A stretch of DNA of 64,000 nt, from contig CAXXWQ010000003.1 of NCBI GenBank assembly GCA_963674945.2, forward strand, positions 448,001-512,000, written 5' to 3'. Both the position numbers and the translations under genes were made by a program. The notes beneath the pieces are model-generated. The model was not told where the DNA came from. It ran no database searches and saw only the letters and a list, made by a program, of their open reading frames with translations. Source of the stretch: an uncultured Desulfosarcina sp. GTDB lineage: Bacteria; Desulfobacterota; Desulfobacteria; Desulfobacterales; Desulfosarcinaceae. Shown piece after piece: positions 1 to 9,645 of the stretch. Position 1 is the first letter of the stretch. Every line of letters starts with the position of its first letter.

Positions 1-151
1 CAGCCGGATACACACCGGCGCTTTCTTGCTCTGCCCCACGATCGCCATACTGTTCCATCAACCGTTCCATTCGACGCCGCATGTTGGCCATCTCATCCAG
101 GGGGGGGCGAAAACGACGATTGGGGGAACCGAAAAGAGTCCTGTAAATCAT
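1..151 (-). CDS. Hsp20/alpha-crystallin small heat-shock protein, 5' part only (runs off the window)
   Basis: Hand translation from the ATG at 151, which follows GGAGG: MIYRTLFGSPNRRFRPPLDEMANMRRRMERLMEQYGDRGAEQESAGVYPA. The 'MxxMRRRMERL...GVYP' pattern is typical of Hsp20 N-termini. Not in the ORF track. Confidence 0.7.
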   Translation of the reverse strand, partial: MIYRTLFGSPNRRFRPPLDEMANMRRRMERLMEQYGDRGAEQESAGVYPA

Positions 152-333
152 GTCCAAACCTCCCGTTTTTTTAATCATTGCATTGAAGATGATGATTGCT
201 GCCCGCTCTTTTACCGAAACAGTATGAATGGATTTTGCATTGTCAACATTCTACAAATCGTTTTTCCTTGCATTATTTTTTTCCACATACAATAAAAGAT
301 AATATACCAAATGATTCGCGAGCGGAGATGTCC

Positions 334-966
334 ATGGATAGGAATAATACGAAAAAGCAGTCGGGTTCACTGATGCTCATAACGAGTTCCGGTCTTCGCG
401 GAAGGCAATCCGTACGGGCCACTTTCAAGCTGTCATCGAGTTGTATCGATGCGATCAGTATCGTTGCCGCGCAATTGGGCATAAAGCAAAAGTCCCTGTT
501 CGACCACCTGGCCCAAGATAGCGACTTTCTCAACACCATTGCAAGAGAGGTGCAAAACGCACGCATCCCACCGGAAAACAGGGTACAAAAAACCTACGTG
601 ATCAGCAGAAGTTCCCTTACTTTGTTGGATGAAATTTCCAAGGCCTTCAATGCGCCCCGCGACGCGCTGGTGGAGTATTCGGTTCGCCGCCTATTGCCCG
701 TGATCGACAGGGAACAAAAAAAGTATGAACTGCGCAAAACCGCATACGAAAAAATCGAAAATCACCTGGAAAACGGGTTGCGCCTGCTGAGTGAAACCAT
801 CGAGCAGTTGAGTGAGGATGATCCGGTTGTGATCAAACTGGCCTCGGCACTGGACAATTACGCCTCGGCCAGGGATACAATCGCTACCTTTTTGAAACGA
901 ACCCAGGGAATCGAAGATTTCGATCCGGATGACCTCAACCGGTTCGAAGTTCAGTTTGACCGGTAG
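334..966 (+). CDS. Hypothetical protein with two ribbon-helix-helix-like repeats and a helical C-terminus
   Basis: ORF 196..966; ATG 334 follows GGAG. Two strand-helix-helix segments: RATFKLSSSCIDAISIVAAQLGIKQKSLFDHL and QKTYVISRSSLTLLDEISKAFNAPRDALVEYSV. Confidence 0.6.
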   Translation: MDRNNTKKQSGSLMLITSSGLRGRQSVRATFKLSSSCIDAISIVAAQLGIKQKSLFDHLAQDSDFLNTIAREVQNARIPPENRVQKTYVISRSSLTLLDEISKAFNAPRDALVEYSVRRLLPVIDREQKKYELRKTAYEKIENHLENGLRLLSETIEQLSEDDPVVIKLASALDNYASARDTIATFLKRTQGIEDFDPDDLNRFEVQFDR

Positions 967-1039
967 TGGCTTGGTGTGGCATAGTCGTAAACGGCAATAT
1001 TCAGTTCAAAAGGCTGATATCTCTGCCGTGGTATTGCTA

Positions 1040-1158
1040 CAAGAATCCAGAAGTCATACGAGAATCCAGCATTCAGAATCGGTTATTCGCCTTTCGACAG
1101 AGCGAAGCGACATCAAATTTATTCTGGCTCCTCGATTCTGGCTTCCGGCTCCTGTGGT
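1040..1158. repeat. Heptamer-armed palindromic intergenic element, copy 1
   Basis: AGAATCC/AGAAGTC units on the left, TTCTGGC-type units on the right and a central GAGCGAAGCGA. Its reverse complement closely matches 5297-5418. Confidence 0.8.
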
Positions 1159-1270
1159 AGCATGTATTCGCAATGCATTCCCCTTATAAAAAAGCCTAAA
1201 CCGGGCTATCTGTGCCCAGATTTTTACTTGTTTGCCGTTTTCACTTCCCCTTTTCCAGGAGATTGATCCC

Positions 1271-3760
1271 ATGGCCAAGATACTTACTCAGGAGAAAGAC
1301 GATGGAAGGGCGGATGCAAACATCGCCGGTTCGTTGAAGGATCAGATCAAGCGGCACATCCGGTTCACCATGGGAAGGGATCCGGAAAAGCCGAATCGCC
1401 ATGCCTGCTTCATGGGATTGGCCCACAGCGTTCGCGACCGTCTCATCGACCGCTGGATCCAAACACAGCGTTCCCATTACAACACCCTTGCCAAGCGCGT
1501 CTATTTTCTTTCCCTCGAATTTCTGCCGGGCCGGCTTTTGAAAAATTACCTGACAAACCTGCAGATGCAGGACGAGGCCCGGAAAGCGGTCCTGGAGCTG
1601 GGGTTTGATCTGGATGAACTGGAAGAGGAAGAGTGGGATGTCGGGCTGGGAAACGGCGGATTGGGGCGCCTTGCCTCGTGCTACATGGACTCTTTGGCCT
1701 GCCTGCATTTCCCCGGCTATGGATACGGCATCCGATACAATTACGGCATCTTCTTCCAGACCATCGAAAACGGATGGCAGCGGGAACAATGCGACAACTG
1801 GGCCCGCCGGGGAACCCCTTGGGAGATTCGCCGTGGTGAGTACCTCATCCCGGTACAATTTTACGGCCACACGGAACCCTACACCGATGCCGCTGGAAGA
1901 AAATGCTACCGCTGGGTGGGCGGCGAGACGGTCATGGCCATGGCATGCGATATTCTCGTTCCCGATGTAGGAGGCGATTTCGTTACCAACATGAGACTGT
2001 GGCAGGCCCAGAGCAGCAGGGAATTCAACCTGGATGAATTCAATCAGGGAGACTACATCGGTGCCGTCGAGGCAAAAGTGCTCAGCGAAAACATCTCCGG
2101 CGTTCTCTACCCCAGCGACGAGATGGAACAGGGACGGGAACTGCGGTTGAAGCAGCAATATTTCTTCGTGGCGGCGACCCTTGCCGACATCCTTCGCCGC
2201 TTTAAGAAACTCGACCGACCCTTTTCGGATCTTCCCGATTTCGTGGCCATTCAGCTCAACGACACGCATCCTTCCATTGCCATACCGGAGCTGATGCGTA
2301 TTCTCGTCGACATCGAAGGACTGCAGTGGGACAATGCATGGTCGGTGTGTCAACAAACATTTGCATATACCAATCACACCGTACTTCCCGAAGCATTGGA
2401 AACATGGCCCGTTGATCTCGTACGCAATCTTTTGCCCCGTCACATGGAGATCATCTTCGAAATCAATCGCCGTTTTCTGGACGATGTTCGTCTTCGATGC
2501 AAAGACGACACTTCTTTGCAAGAACGCGTCTCCTTGCTGGCGGAAGGCAATCAGAAGCGAATCCGCATGGCAAACCTTGCCATCGTGGGAAGCCATACCG
2601 TAAACGGCGTGGCCGAGCTTCACAGCAACATTCTCAAAAAAACACTATTCAAAGACTTCCACAACCTCTTTCCCCAACGCTTCACAAACGTCACCAACGG
2701 TGTCACACCGCGCCAATGGCTGGCCCAGGCCAATCCGACCCTTTCGGGCTTGATCACCGAAGTCATCGGCCCGGATTGGATCACCGACTTGCAGCAATTA
2801 CAGAATCTGGAATCATTTGCCGATGATGCCGATTTTCGCCGGCGGTGGTTCGAGGCCAGGCGAGACAACAAAAAACGGCTGGCGCGCTATATCCAAAAAA
2901 AAGTCGGAATGGGCGTGGATCCGAAAACCTTGTTTTCCGTCCAGGTCAAGCGGATCCATGAGTATAAGCGTCAACTTTTAAACGCGCTCTTCATCATTAC
3001 CTTGTATCACCGAATCAAGGCCGATCCCACCATCTCCATGGTACCTCGAACGGTGATCTTCGCCGGGAAGGCGGCACCTGCCTATCACCGTGCCAAACTG
3101 ATCATCAAGCTCATCAACGCGATCGCCGAAAAGACAAACAATGATCCCGATGTGCGGGAGAAATTGCGCGTCCTTTTCCTTCCCAATTACTGCGTCTCCC
3201 AGGCCGAAAAAATCGTCCCCGCCGCGGATCTGTCCGAACAGATCTCCACGGCCGGCATGGAGGCCTCGGGGACCGGTAACATGAAGATGTCACTCAACGG
3301 TGCACTGACCATCGGCACACTCGATGGTGCCAATGTCGAAATCATGGAGCAGGTAGGTCGTGAGAATATCTTCATCTTCGGTCTGACGGCCGACGAGGTG
3401 GTCTCCCTGCGAAGAAGCGGTTACGATCCGCGTTCCTATTACGATAGGGACGGTGAACTGCGATTGACATTGGATAGCATCAGCAGGGGAGACTTTTCGC
3501 CGGAGGATCCATATCTTTTCTCACCCATCATCGAGTCGCTGCTTCATCAAGGCGACTTCTACATGGTGCTGGCCGATTTCAGGCCGTATATAGAGGCGCA
3601 GCAGGCGGTCTCCGCCCTGTTTCTGGACAGGGAGGCCTGGTCCCGAAAATCGATCCTCAACACGGCCCGAATGGGAAAATTTTCCAGTGATCGATCGGTC
3701 ATGGAGTATGCAAAAAATATTTGGCACCTTACGCCTTCGGAAACGATCAAAAGCCGATAA
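1271..3760 (+). CDS. glgP: Glycogen/starch phosphorylase
   Basis: Motifs GLGNGGLGRLASC, IQLNDTHP, QVKRIHEYKRQ and the PLP-lysine motif EASGTGNMK. ATG 1271 follows AGGAG. Confidence 0.97.
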   Translation: MAKILTQEKDDGRADANIAGSLKDQIKRHIRFTMGRDPEKPNRHACFMGLAHSVRDRLIDRWIQTQRSHYNTLAKRVYFLSLEFLPGRLLKNYLTNLQMQDEARKAVLELGFDLDELEEEEWDVGLGNGGLGRLASCYMDSLACLHFPGYGYGIRYNYGIFFQTIENGWQREQCDNWARRGTPWEIRRGEYLIPVQFYGHTEPYTDAAGRKCYRWVGGETVMAMACDILVPDVGGDFVTNMRLWQAQSSREFNLDEFNQGDYIGAVEAKVLSENISGVLYPSDEMEQGRELRLKQQYFFVAATLADILRRFKKLDRPFSDLPDFVAIQLNDTHPSIAIPELMRILVDIEGLQWDNAWSVCQQTFAYTNHTVLPEALETWPVDLVRNLLPRHMEIIFEINRRFLDDVRLRCKDDTSLQERVSLLAEGNQKRIRMANLAIVGSHTVNGVAELHSNILKKTLFKDFHNLFPQRFTNVTNGVTPRQWLAQANPTLSGLITEVIGPDWITDLQQLQNLESFADDADFRRRWFEARRDNKKRLARYIQKKVGMGVDPKTLFSVQVKRIHEYKRQLLNALFIITLYHRIKADPTISMVPRTVIFAGKAAPAYHRAKLIIKLINAIAEKTNNDPDVREKLRVLFLPNYCVSQAEKIVPAADLSEQISTAGMEASGTGNMKMSLNGALTIGTLDGANVEIMEQVGRENIFIFGLTADEVVSLRRSGYDPRSYYDRDGELRLTLDSISRGDFSPEDPYLFSPIIESLLHQGDFYMVLADFRPYIEAQQAVSALFLDREAWSRKSILNTARMGKFSSDRSVMEYAKNIWHLTPSETIKSR

Positions 3761-3925
3761 AGCGTAACCTTACTTCCTGATGATACATTCCCCTTTTGCC
3801 TTTTACCGTCTGTCTATGGTAGGGATGATCCGCGTCGACAACAAAGATTCCCGTCTGCTTGCGATGGAAGGTAGAGGGAAAGTGGCAGGCATGGGGACAT
3901 ATCATGGGATCGAGGTGTCATCTTT

Positions 3926-5227
3926 ATGTTTCGAAAAAAAACGCGTATGTCATCGGGTGTCAGCCAGCTGGATCGACAGCTGGGTGGATTGTACATTGGA
4001 GACAACGTCGTCTGGTATGACGACGCCGGAAGCCTGGCATCGATCTTCAGCCTCAATTTCATCCAGGAATCCCTGAACCGAGAAAAACCCCTCATCTACA
4101 TCTCTTTCGACCGTTCGCCCAAGACCCTCATCGAAAATTTGGGGCCCCTTGCCGAAAGCCAGTACCTGTCCATTTTGGACTGTTTTACTCACGGAAAAGG
4201 CGATGGCAGCGAGGTATTTAGCAAATTCTATGAAAAGGACGGGGCCCATTGGCCCTTTCAGATCGTCCGGATCAACGATGCGGCCAATCCGGATGTTGTG
4301 GCAGACGCCATTTATCGTCTCCATGCAACCATGAAGGGGGACGTTCGGTTCGTATTCGACTCCCTTACCGGAATGCAGGAGCTGTGGGGCGGGGAAGAGG
4401 CCATCTTGAAGTTTTACTCCCGTGCCTGTCCCCGATTGTATGAACTGGACACGATCGCATACTGGATCATGGAGAAAGGGGCGCACTCCGAACGGCTTCG
4501 GGCCAGTATCAACCAGATCGCCCAGGTGGCCATCGAATTGTCCATCAGCCGTGGCAAGTCGGCCCTGACCATTTTAAAGGCGGACAAGCGAAAGCCGGAC
4601 GCCTTGAATGTTCCACTGATCTACTGGAACGAAGGCATGGATGTGGCCTTTGAAATGGAGACGGGCAAGGGAGGCAACATCGATATCGGGGGTCGGGTGA
4701 AACAGATCCGCAACCGTCAGGGAATGTCCCAGAAGAATCTGGCGGCCTCGGTGGGTGTTTCCCCCAGCACCATATCCCAGATCGAAAGCGGTACCATCTA
4801 CCCATCGATACCGGCAATCTGTAAAATCGCCAATGTGCTGAATGTGGATGTGGCCGGCTTCTTCAAAGGGCAGACAGAGGTTGCCGAACGCCTGGTTTTT
4901 TCCGGGGGTGGCATCCCCACCAGCCTATCCGACCTTCCCCGACAGGACGTGAATGGCTATCGCCTTTCGCCCCCCGATTTCGATGCCGCTGCACAACCGT
5001 ACATCATCGAAATTCCGGCCGGCAGAAAGCTTGCCTCCCATTTCTTCGTCCACAAGGGAGAAGAGATGGGCTATGTGCTCAGCGGAAGTCTGGAGTTGAA
5101 GGTGGGCAATCGCCTGCACCGGGCTGACGAAGGGGACGTGGTCTACCTGGTATCGGACCTGCCTTCCCAGTGGAAAAATATCGGTGGAAAGATGGCCAGG
5201 TTGCTCTGGATCAAAATAAAGAAGTAA
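3926..5227 (+). CDS. XRE-family transcriptional regulator: degenerate KaiC/RecA-like N-terminal domain, HTH and cupin
   Basis: N-terminus SSGVSQLDRQLGGL...VFDSLT; HTH IGGRVKQIRNRQGMSQKNLAASVGVSPSTISQIESG; cupin HKGEEMGYVLSG. Confidence 0.85.
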   Translation: MFRKKTRMSSGVSQLDRQLGGLYIGDNVVWYDDAGSLASIFSLNFIQESLNREKPLIYISFDRSPKTLIENLGPLAESQYLSILDCFTHGKGDGSEVFSKFYEKDGAHWPFQIVRINDAANPDVVADAIYRLHATMKGDVRFVFDSLTGMQELWGGEEAILKFYSRACPRLYELDTIAYWIMEKGAHSERLRASINQIAQVAIELSISRGKSALTILKADKRKPDALNVPLIYWNEGMDVAFEMETGKGGNIDIGGRVKQIRNRQGMSQKNLAASVGVSPSTISQIESGTIYPSIPAICKIANVLNVDVAGFFKGQTEVAERLVFSGGGIPTSLSDLPRQDVNGYRLSPPDFDAAAQPYIIEIPAGRKLASHFFVHKGEEMGYVLSGSLELKVGNRLHRADEGDVVYLVSDLPSQWKNIGGKMARLLWIKIKK

Positions 5228-5296
5228 AAATCCGGGTACAGAGTGCCCGTATTTGGACTATCCTTGGAAAGGAAGATGCACTGCGATCACTGAAAA

Positions 5297-5418
5297 CCAC
5301 AGGAGTCAGAAGCCAGAATTCAGGAGCCAGAATGAATCTGATGTCGCTTCGCTCCATCGATCTCATAATATGGATCGAGACCTGATTCTGGATTCTGACT
5401 CCTGGATTCTTGTATTCT
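5297..5418. repeat. Heptamer-armed palindromic intergenic element, copy 2 (inverted relative to 1040-1158)
   Basis: ACCACAGGAGTCAGAAGCCAGAATTCAGGAGCCAGAATGAATCTGATGTCGCTTCGCTC, compared with the reverse complement of copy 1: ACCACAGGAGCCGGAAGCCAGAATCGAGGAGCCAGAATAAATTTGATGTCGCTTCGCTC. Confidence 0.8.
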
Positions 5419-5525
5419 ACGTACTTTTTAAAACGCTTTTCCCTCTTTTCCGTCTATCGGCAAAAAAAATAATAACGAGTTTCTTTTATGCGATTGTTTG
5501 GCCATAAATAGCCTGGAAAAGCTTT

Positions 5526-7187
5526 TTATGAGTTGAGTATCTTTCTGGCACTCTCGTCATTTGCATCGGCCATGTGGCGGATTCCTGTCTCTCTTGCCGT
5601 TTCCCGGTTGCCGGCAAAAATGTCGTCCCGGGTCAGTTGGGTGACGGAGAACTTTCGGGAGCCGGCAAGAAGTTGCTGCATGCCGCAGTAAAGTTTGTCG
5701 GCCAGGGTGTAAAAGGCGATCGCCCCATAGGGAATGCGCTTCATTTCGTCCTTGCCCACGATCTTTTCTACGTCGAAGTAGCAGGCAAAGATCTCCTTGG
5801 CCGTGGAGCCCACTTCGAGGACCGATTTGGGCAGCTCGTTCCAATTCCCGTTCAGGTCTCCCCGCTTTTCCGGAAAGAGCGCACCTTCGATGTTGGTCCC
5901 CACGAAGCCGGGAATCATGATGCCGCGGCCCATGCAGATCAACTTGGTAAACGGTGCACCCAGGGCCAGCCCCTTGTATATGCTGTCTTCCAGGGCAAAT
6001 CCGCCGGCAAAGGACATATCCACGACCTTGAGTCCCTTTGCCGCAAGGATACTGGCGTACTCGTACGCCTTGCTGTGCAGGGTGATGGAGGGCACACCCC
6101 AGCTTTGCATCATGTTCCACGGACTCATACCTGTTCCGCCACCCGAACCGTCGATGGTGAGCAGGTCCAGTCCCGCATCGGTGGCGAACTTGATTGCCAT
6201 GGCCAGCTCTTCCATGCCGTAAGATCCGGTTTTCAGGGTAATGCGGGAAAAGCCGATGCTTCGCAGGTATTCCACGCTGCTCATGAAATCCTCTCGCACC
6301 TGGCCCACGGATTTCAGATTGGTAGCGCCCAGGCGGCTGTGGCGGGCGAAGGATTTGATGGAACCGTTCTCAAACGCCTCTTGCACTTCGGGGATGGTGG
6401 GATCCGGATCGACCACGTAGCCCCGCTCTTTGAGGAAAATCGCATAGTCGAGACTCGTCACCTGGATCTCGCCGCCGATGTCTTTGGCGCCCTGGCCCCA
6501 TTTTAGTTCGATGATCACCTTGTCGCCGTATTTGTCGGCCACAAATTCGGCCACACCGTTTCTCGTGTCTTCCACGTTGAGTTGGACGATGATGGCGCCG
6601 TAACCGTTGTAATAACGGAAATAGCTCTCGATGCGCCTCTCCAGTTCGGGAGCCTTCTTGATCTTTCCTTTGCGCTCGGGGCCCGTGGCGATTTCCGATT
6701 CCCGATCCACACCGACCACATTCTCGCCGATGACAACGGGAATCCCGATCAGAGCACCGCCGATGGCAAAAGAGTCCCAATACTTCGCGGCGATAAAGGT
6801 GGACCCCAGGGCGCCGGTCATGAGCGGTATGCGTGACTTGGTTTTCACTTTGTTGCCGAATTCTGTCTCCAGCGTGACGTTGGGAAAAATACAATCGTCG
6901 GCATTGTCGGTCAATCCGCCGGCCATGCCCTGGGCACCGTATGCATATCCCTGGATACGAAGAGAATTATAGGAAACCCCGACGTGGGTCGTGTTGTCGG
7001 CGCCGGCGGTAACAAATCCGAAGCTCCTGGGGTAGAGCAGTTTGCGTCCCACAAGGCTGGAAAGCCAGGTCTCGCATTTGCCCGTACAGTCGGCGCGGCA
7101 CAGGGTGCACAGGCTGGATTCGGTTGGATTGCCACGGTTAGCGGTTCCCAGGGCATCATTTTTCTTGGAAAATCTCATCGATAGCAT
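5526..7187 (-). CDS. FMN-binding glutamate synthase family protein (stand-alone FMN domain)
   Basis: IELKWGQGAKDIGGE, LTIDGSGGGTGMSP, AGGF...KGLALGAP; N-terminal CxxCxxxCxxxC. Confidence 0.88.
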   Translation of the reverse strand: MLSMRFSKKNDALGTANRGNPTESSLCTLCRADCTGKCETWLSSLVGRKLLYPRSFGFVTAGADNTTHVGVSYNSLRIQGYAYGAQGMAGGLTDNADDCIFPNVTLETEFGNKVKTKSRIPLMTGALGSTFIAAKYWDSFAIGGALIGIPVVIGENVVGVDRESEIATGPERKGKIKKAPELERRIESYFRYYNGYGAIIVQLNVEDTRNGVAEFVADKYGDKVIIELKWGQGAKDIGGEIQVTSLDYAIFLKERGYVVDPDPTIPEVQEAFENGSIKSFARHSRLGATNLKSVGQVREDFMSSVEYLRSIGFSRITLKTGSYGMEELAMAIKFATDAGLDLLTIDGSGGGTGMSPWNMMQSWGVPSITLHSKAYEYASILAAKGLKVVDMSFAGGFALEDSIYKGLALGAPFTKLICMGRGIMIPGFVGTNIEGALFPEKRGDLNGNWNELPKSVLEVGSTAKEIFACYFDVEKIVGKDEMKRIPYGAIAFYTLADKLYCGMQQLLAGSRKFSVTQLTRDDIFAGNRETARETGIRHMADANDESARKILNS

Positions 7188-7254
7188 GGTTCGGCTTCCT
7201 TTCTTCGTGTAGTTGATGTTCCGTTTCCGGCGGTACGTACGATTCTTTTTCCTT

Positions 7255-7455
7255 TACAAAAAAACAAAACGGCGCCGCATCGGTGGGCTGTTGCCGACCG
7301 ATGCCAGACGCCGTTGTCTACGAGTCCGGTTACCCCAATACCCCTTTTCCCACGAACCGTGCGCCAATCGTTTGCTAATAACCCGAACTGACGAAAGATC
7401 GTGGGAAAGGCGTACGTCTGTTAACCGTCCAACCGCCGCTCACGCCGTTGTGAGC
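7255..7455 (-). promoter_or_regulatory. ANTAR-type attenuator: two hexaloop hairpins plus an overlapping intrinsic terminator
   Basis: Minus-strand GCUCAC-AACGGC-GUGAGC (7438-7455) and UAGAC-AACGGC-GUCUG (7305-7320). The second overlaps the terminator AACGGCGUC..GCAUCGGU/ACCGAUGC-GGCGCCGUU followed by a U tract. Confidence 0.82.
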
Positions 7456-7623
7456 AGTCGGATAATTGGATCCACACTTGTACGAAACGCCCCTGAAAAA
7501 CAGGAGAAGCATATCTATAGTTTTACTTAATTTTTGTCAACTGATTTTATATCGAATTCTTCAGTTTTAATTAACACGTGGCCCTACGAACCCAATTTCT
7601 GGACAGGGCAGATGGAAGGCAAC

Positions 7624-8346
7624 CTATCGATCCAAGGAGATGTCCTCGGAGAGAATGACCGCTTCGGCAATATACCGAAGTGGCTTTCTGGAGTCCATGC
7701 TGCGCTTTTGGAGCCACCGAAAGGCATCCTCTCCTTTCATCTGGCGGCGATTCATCAGAATCTCCTTAGCGCGATCCACCATCTTGCGTGTCTCCAGCTC
7801 TTCTTGAATCACCTTGGCCTTGACCATGAGTTCCGCGTTCAGGATGGCAAGGGCCGCCTGATTGGCGACGGCGGTAAACATATTGATTTCCGCGTCGGAA
7901 AATGCGTGCGGCGCGGCCGTGAAACAGTTGAGCACACCGATGATGCGATCCTCCTTGACCGTCATCGGAATTCCGACCATGGACACCACCCCTAGCTTCC
8001 TGGCCATCTCTTTTTCCTTGAAGCGGGGGTTCTTCAGCACGTCGCTGATGGCGATGGGTCGCTTGTGGGTTACCACGTAGCCCACCACCCCTTCGTTCAA
8101 GGCCAGGGATCGATCCTTTACATATTCCGGATCGATGGATTGGGTCGCCTTCAAGCGGATCTGGGGCGGCTTCGATTGTTCATCGACGAGCCAGAGGGAG
8201 CAGATTTCCACACCGGTAACCTTGGCCGTAACCATGACGATCAGCTTGAGCAGGTCCTCCAGAAAATAGTCCGATGCAATGGCCTGGCTGATGTCTGTAA
8301 GAGCCTTGAGATAGGCATCATAAGTGGCTTGATCGAGCTTTTCCAT
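7624..8346 (-). CDS. GAF + ANTAR domain RNA-binding antiterminator
   Basis: GAF region (GVVGYVV...IGVLNCF...ANQAALAI) followed by the ANTAR signature LETRKMVDRAKEILM...AFRWLQKRSMDSRKPL..IAEAVI. Confidence 0.93.
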   Translation of the reverse strand: MEKLDQATYDAYLKALTDISQAIASDYFLEDLLKLIVMVTAKVTGVEICSLWLVDEQSKPPQIRLKATQSIDPEYVKDRSLALNEGVVGYVVTHKRPIAISDVLKNPRFKEKEMARKLGVVSMVGIPMTVKEDRIIGVLNCFTAAPHAFSDAEINMFTAVANQAALAILNAELMVKAKVIQEELETRKMVDRAKEILMNRRQMKGEDAFRWLQKRSMDSRKPLRYIAEAVILSEDISLDR

Positions 8347-8517
8347 GATTGCGGATGGTACAACGATTGCTATTTATTTTCAATAATTTGTTTTGGTTAA
8401 TCCTTATTGACACAATTTTTATTGACTTTTAGTTATACTAAACTTAAATCGAAATAATTCATTTTAAATGCACTTGTATTCTCCTACTGTTGTTCCTATG
8501 GATAAATGAGGTAAATC

Positions 8518-9645
8518 ATGTGCCGTTTACTCGCCATCACGAGCAAGGAGTATGTTTCACCGCAAACTGCCGTAGAGGGACTTGCCGCCATGGGGGAAGG
8601 TTACGACGGGTCCGGTGTGGGTCTTCTGCTTCGCGATCTGGGCGGTCCATTTGCCCAAATGACGGATATTCCCATACTAAGCGGCATATTTTCCTCAAAA
8701 GGGCTCAAGCGACTGGACCGGTTCATGATGGACAAGGGGTTTACCACGAAATACAAGATCACCTTCAAGCCACGGCAACCGGTGCCGCCGTCTGTTCCCA
8801 AAAGGGACGTTTACCTCGTTCGGGCCTATGACTATCCCACGCAATGGGAAGAGATGGCGAACCAGGAGCGGCTCGATCGACTGGCGCCCATTCGACTCTG
8901 CCTGCGCGAAATGGGCGAGGCGGAGAAAGACATGATGGTCTTCTCGTTATGGCCGGATACGATTATGATCAAGGAGGTCGGTGATCCGGCGGCGGTCGCC
9001 GACTATCTGCAACTGGATCGAAACGATCTGATGGCCCGCGTGATCATGCTTCAGGGACGGCAGAACACCAATCATGAGATCGACCTGTACGCCTGCCATC
9101 CCTTCTTTTTGGAAGGTTTTTCCACCATGACCAACGGTGAGAACACGGCATTTTCCCAGAACCGTGATTTTCTCATGTCGAGAGGCATCTCGGGATACCA
9201 GGGCTATCTGTCGGATTCGGAGGTGTTCACCCACAGCCTTCATTACATCATCGGCCAGCTGGGATTGGGGCTGGGTTTCTATAAACACGGAATCACGCCG
9301 TTGTCCGACGAGGACATTCGAACGCATCCGGACGGTTCATTTCTCCAACAATTGAAATACTCCTGCCGTAATCTGATCATCGACGGCCCTAATTGCATCA
9401 TCGGCTGCCTTCCGGATACCACCTTATTCATGGTTCAGGATCGCAAAAAACTCAGACCCGGTGTCATCGGCAGTAACAATGGCACATTCGTCTTTTCATC
9501 GGAAATATGTGGCCTTGATGCCATCCTTCCACAAAGGGACAAGTCGAAAGACTTTCAGCCCATGCACCTGGACACCGCCATCGTCGGCCCGTTTCGCAAG
9601 CGGGTCGATATCTTGCAGCAGACTGACCCTGTCTTGGCAAACTAA
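8518..9645 (+). CDS. Class II (Ntn) glutamine amidotransferase, glutamate synthase domain-1-like
   Basis: N-terminal MC nucleophile, GRQNTN, ACHPF, NGEN, SDSEV, DRKKLRP, SSEICG. Confidence 0.88.
   Translation: MCRLLAITSKEYVSPQTAVEGLAAMGEGYDGSGVGLLLRDLGGPFAQMTDIPILSGIFSSKGLKRLDRFMMDKGFTTKYKITFKPRQPVPPSVPKRDVYLVRAYDYPTQWEEMANQERLDRLAPIRLCLREMGEAEKDMMVFSLWPDTIMIKEVGDPAAVADYLQLDRNDLMARVIMLQGRQNTNHEIDLYACHPFFLEGFSTMTNGENTAFSQNRDFLMSRGISGYQGYLSDSEVFTHSLHYIIGQLGLGLGFYKHGITPLSDEDIRTHPDGSFLQQLKYSCRNLIIDGPNCIIGCLPDTTLFMVQDRKKLRPGVIGSNNGTFVFSSEICGLDAILPQRDKSKDFQPMHLDTAIVGPFRKRVDILQQTDPVLAN

Noticed and set aside
1241..2623. Long antisense ORFs (e.g. 460 aa opposite glgP; also opposite dsrP, lon, nadB and htpX)
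   Set aside because: These are shadow frames of well-supported genes in GC-rich coding DNA and carry no motifs.
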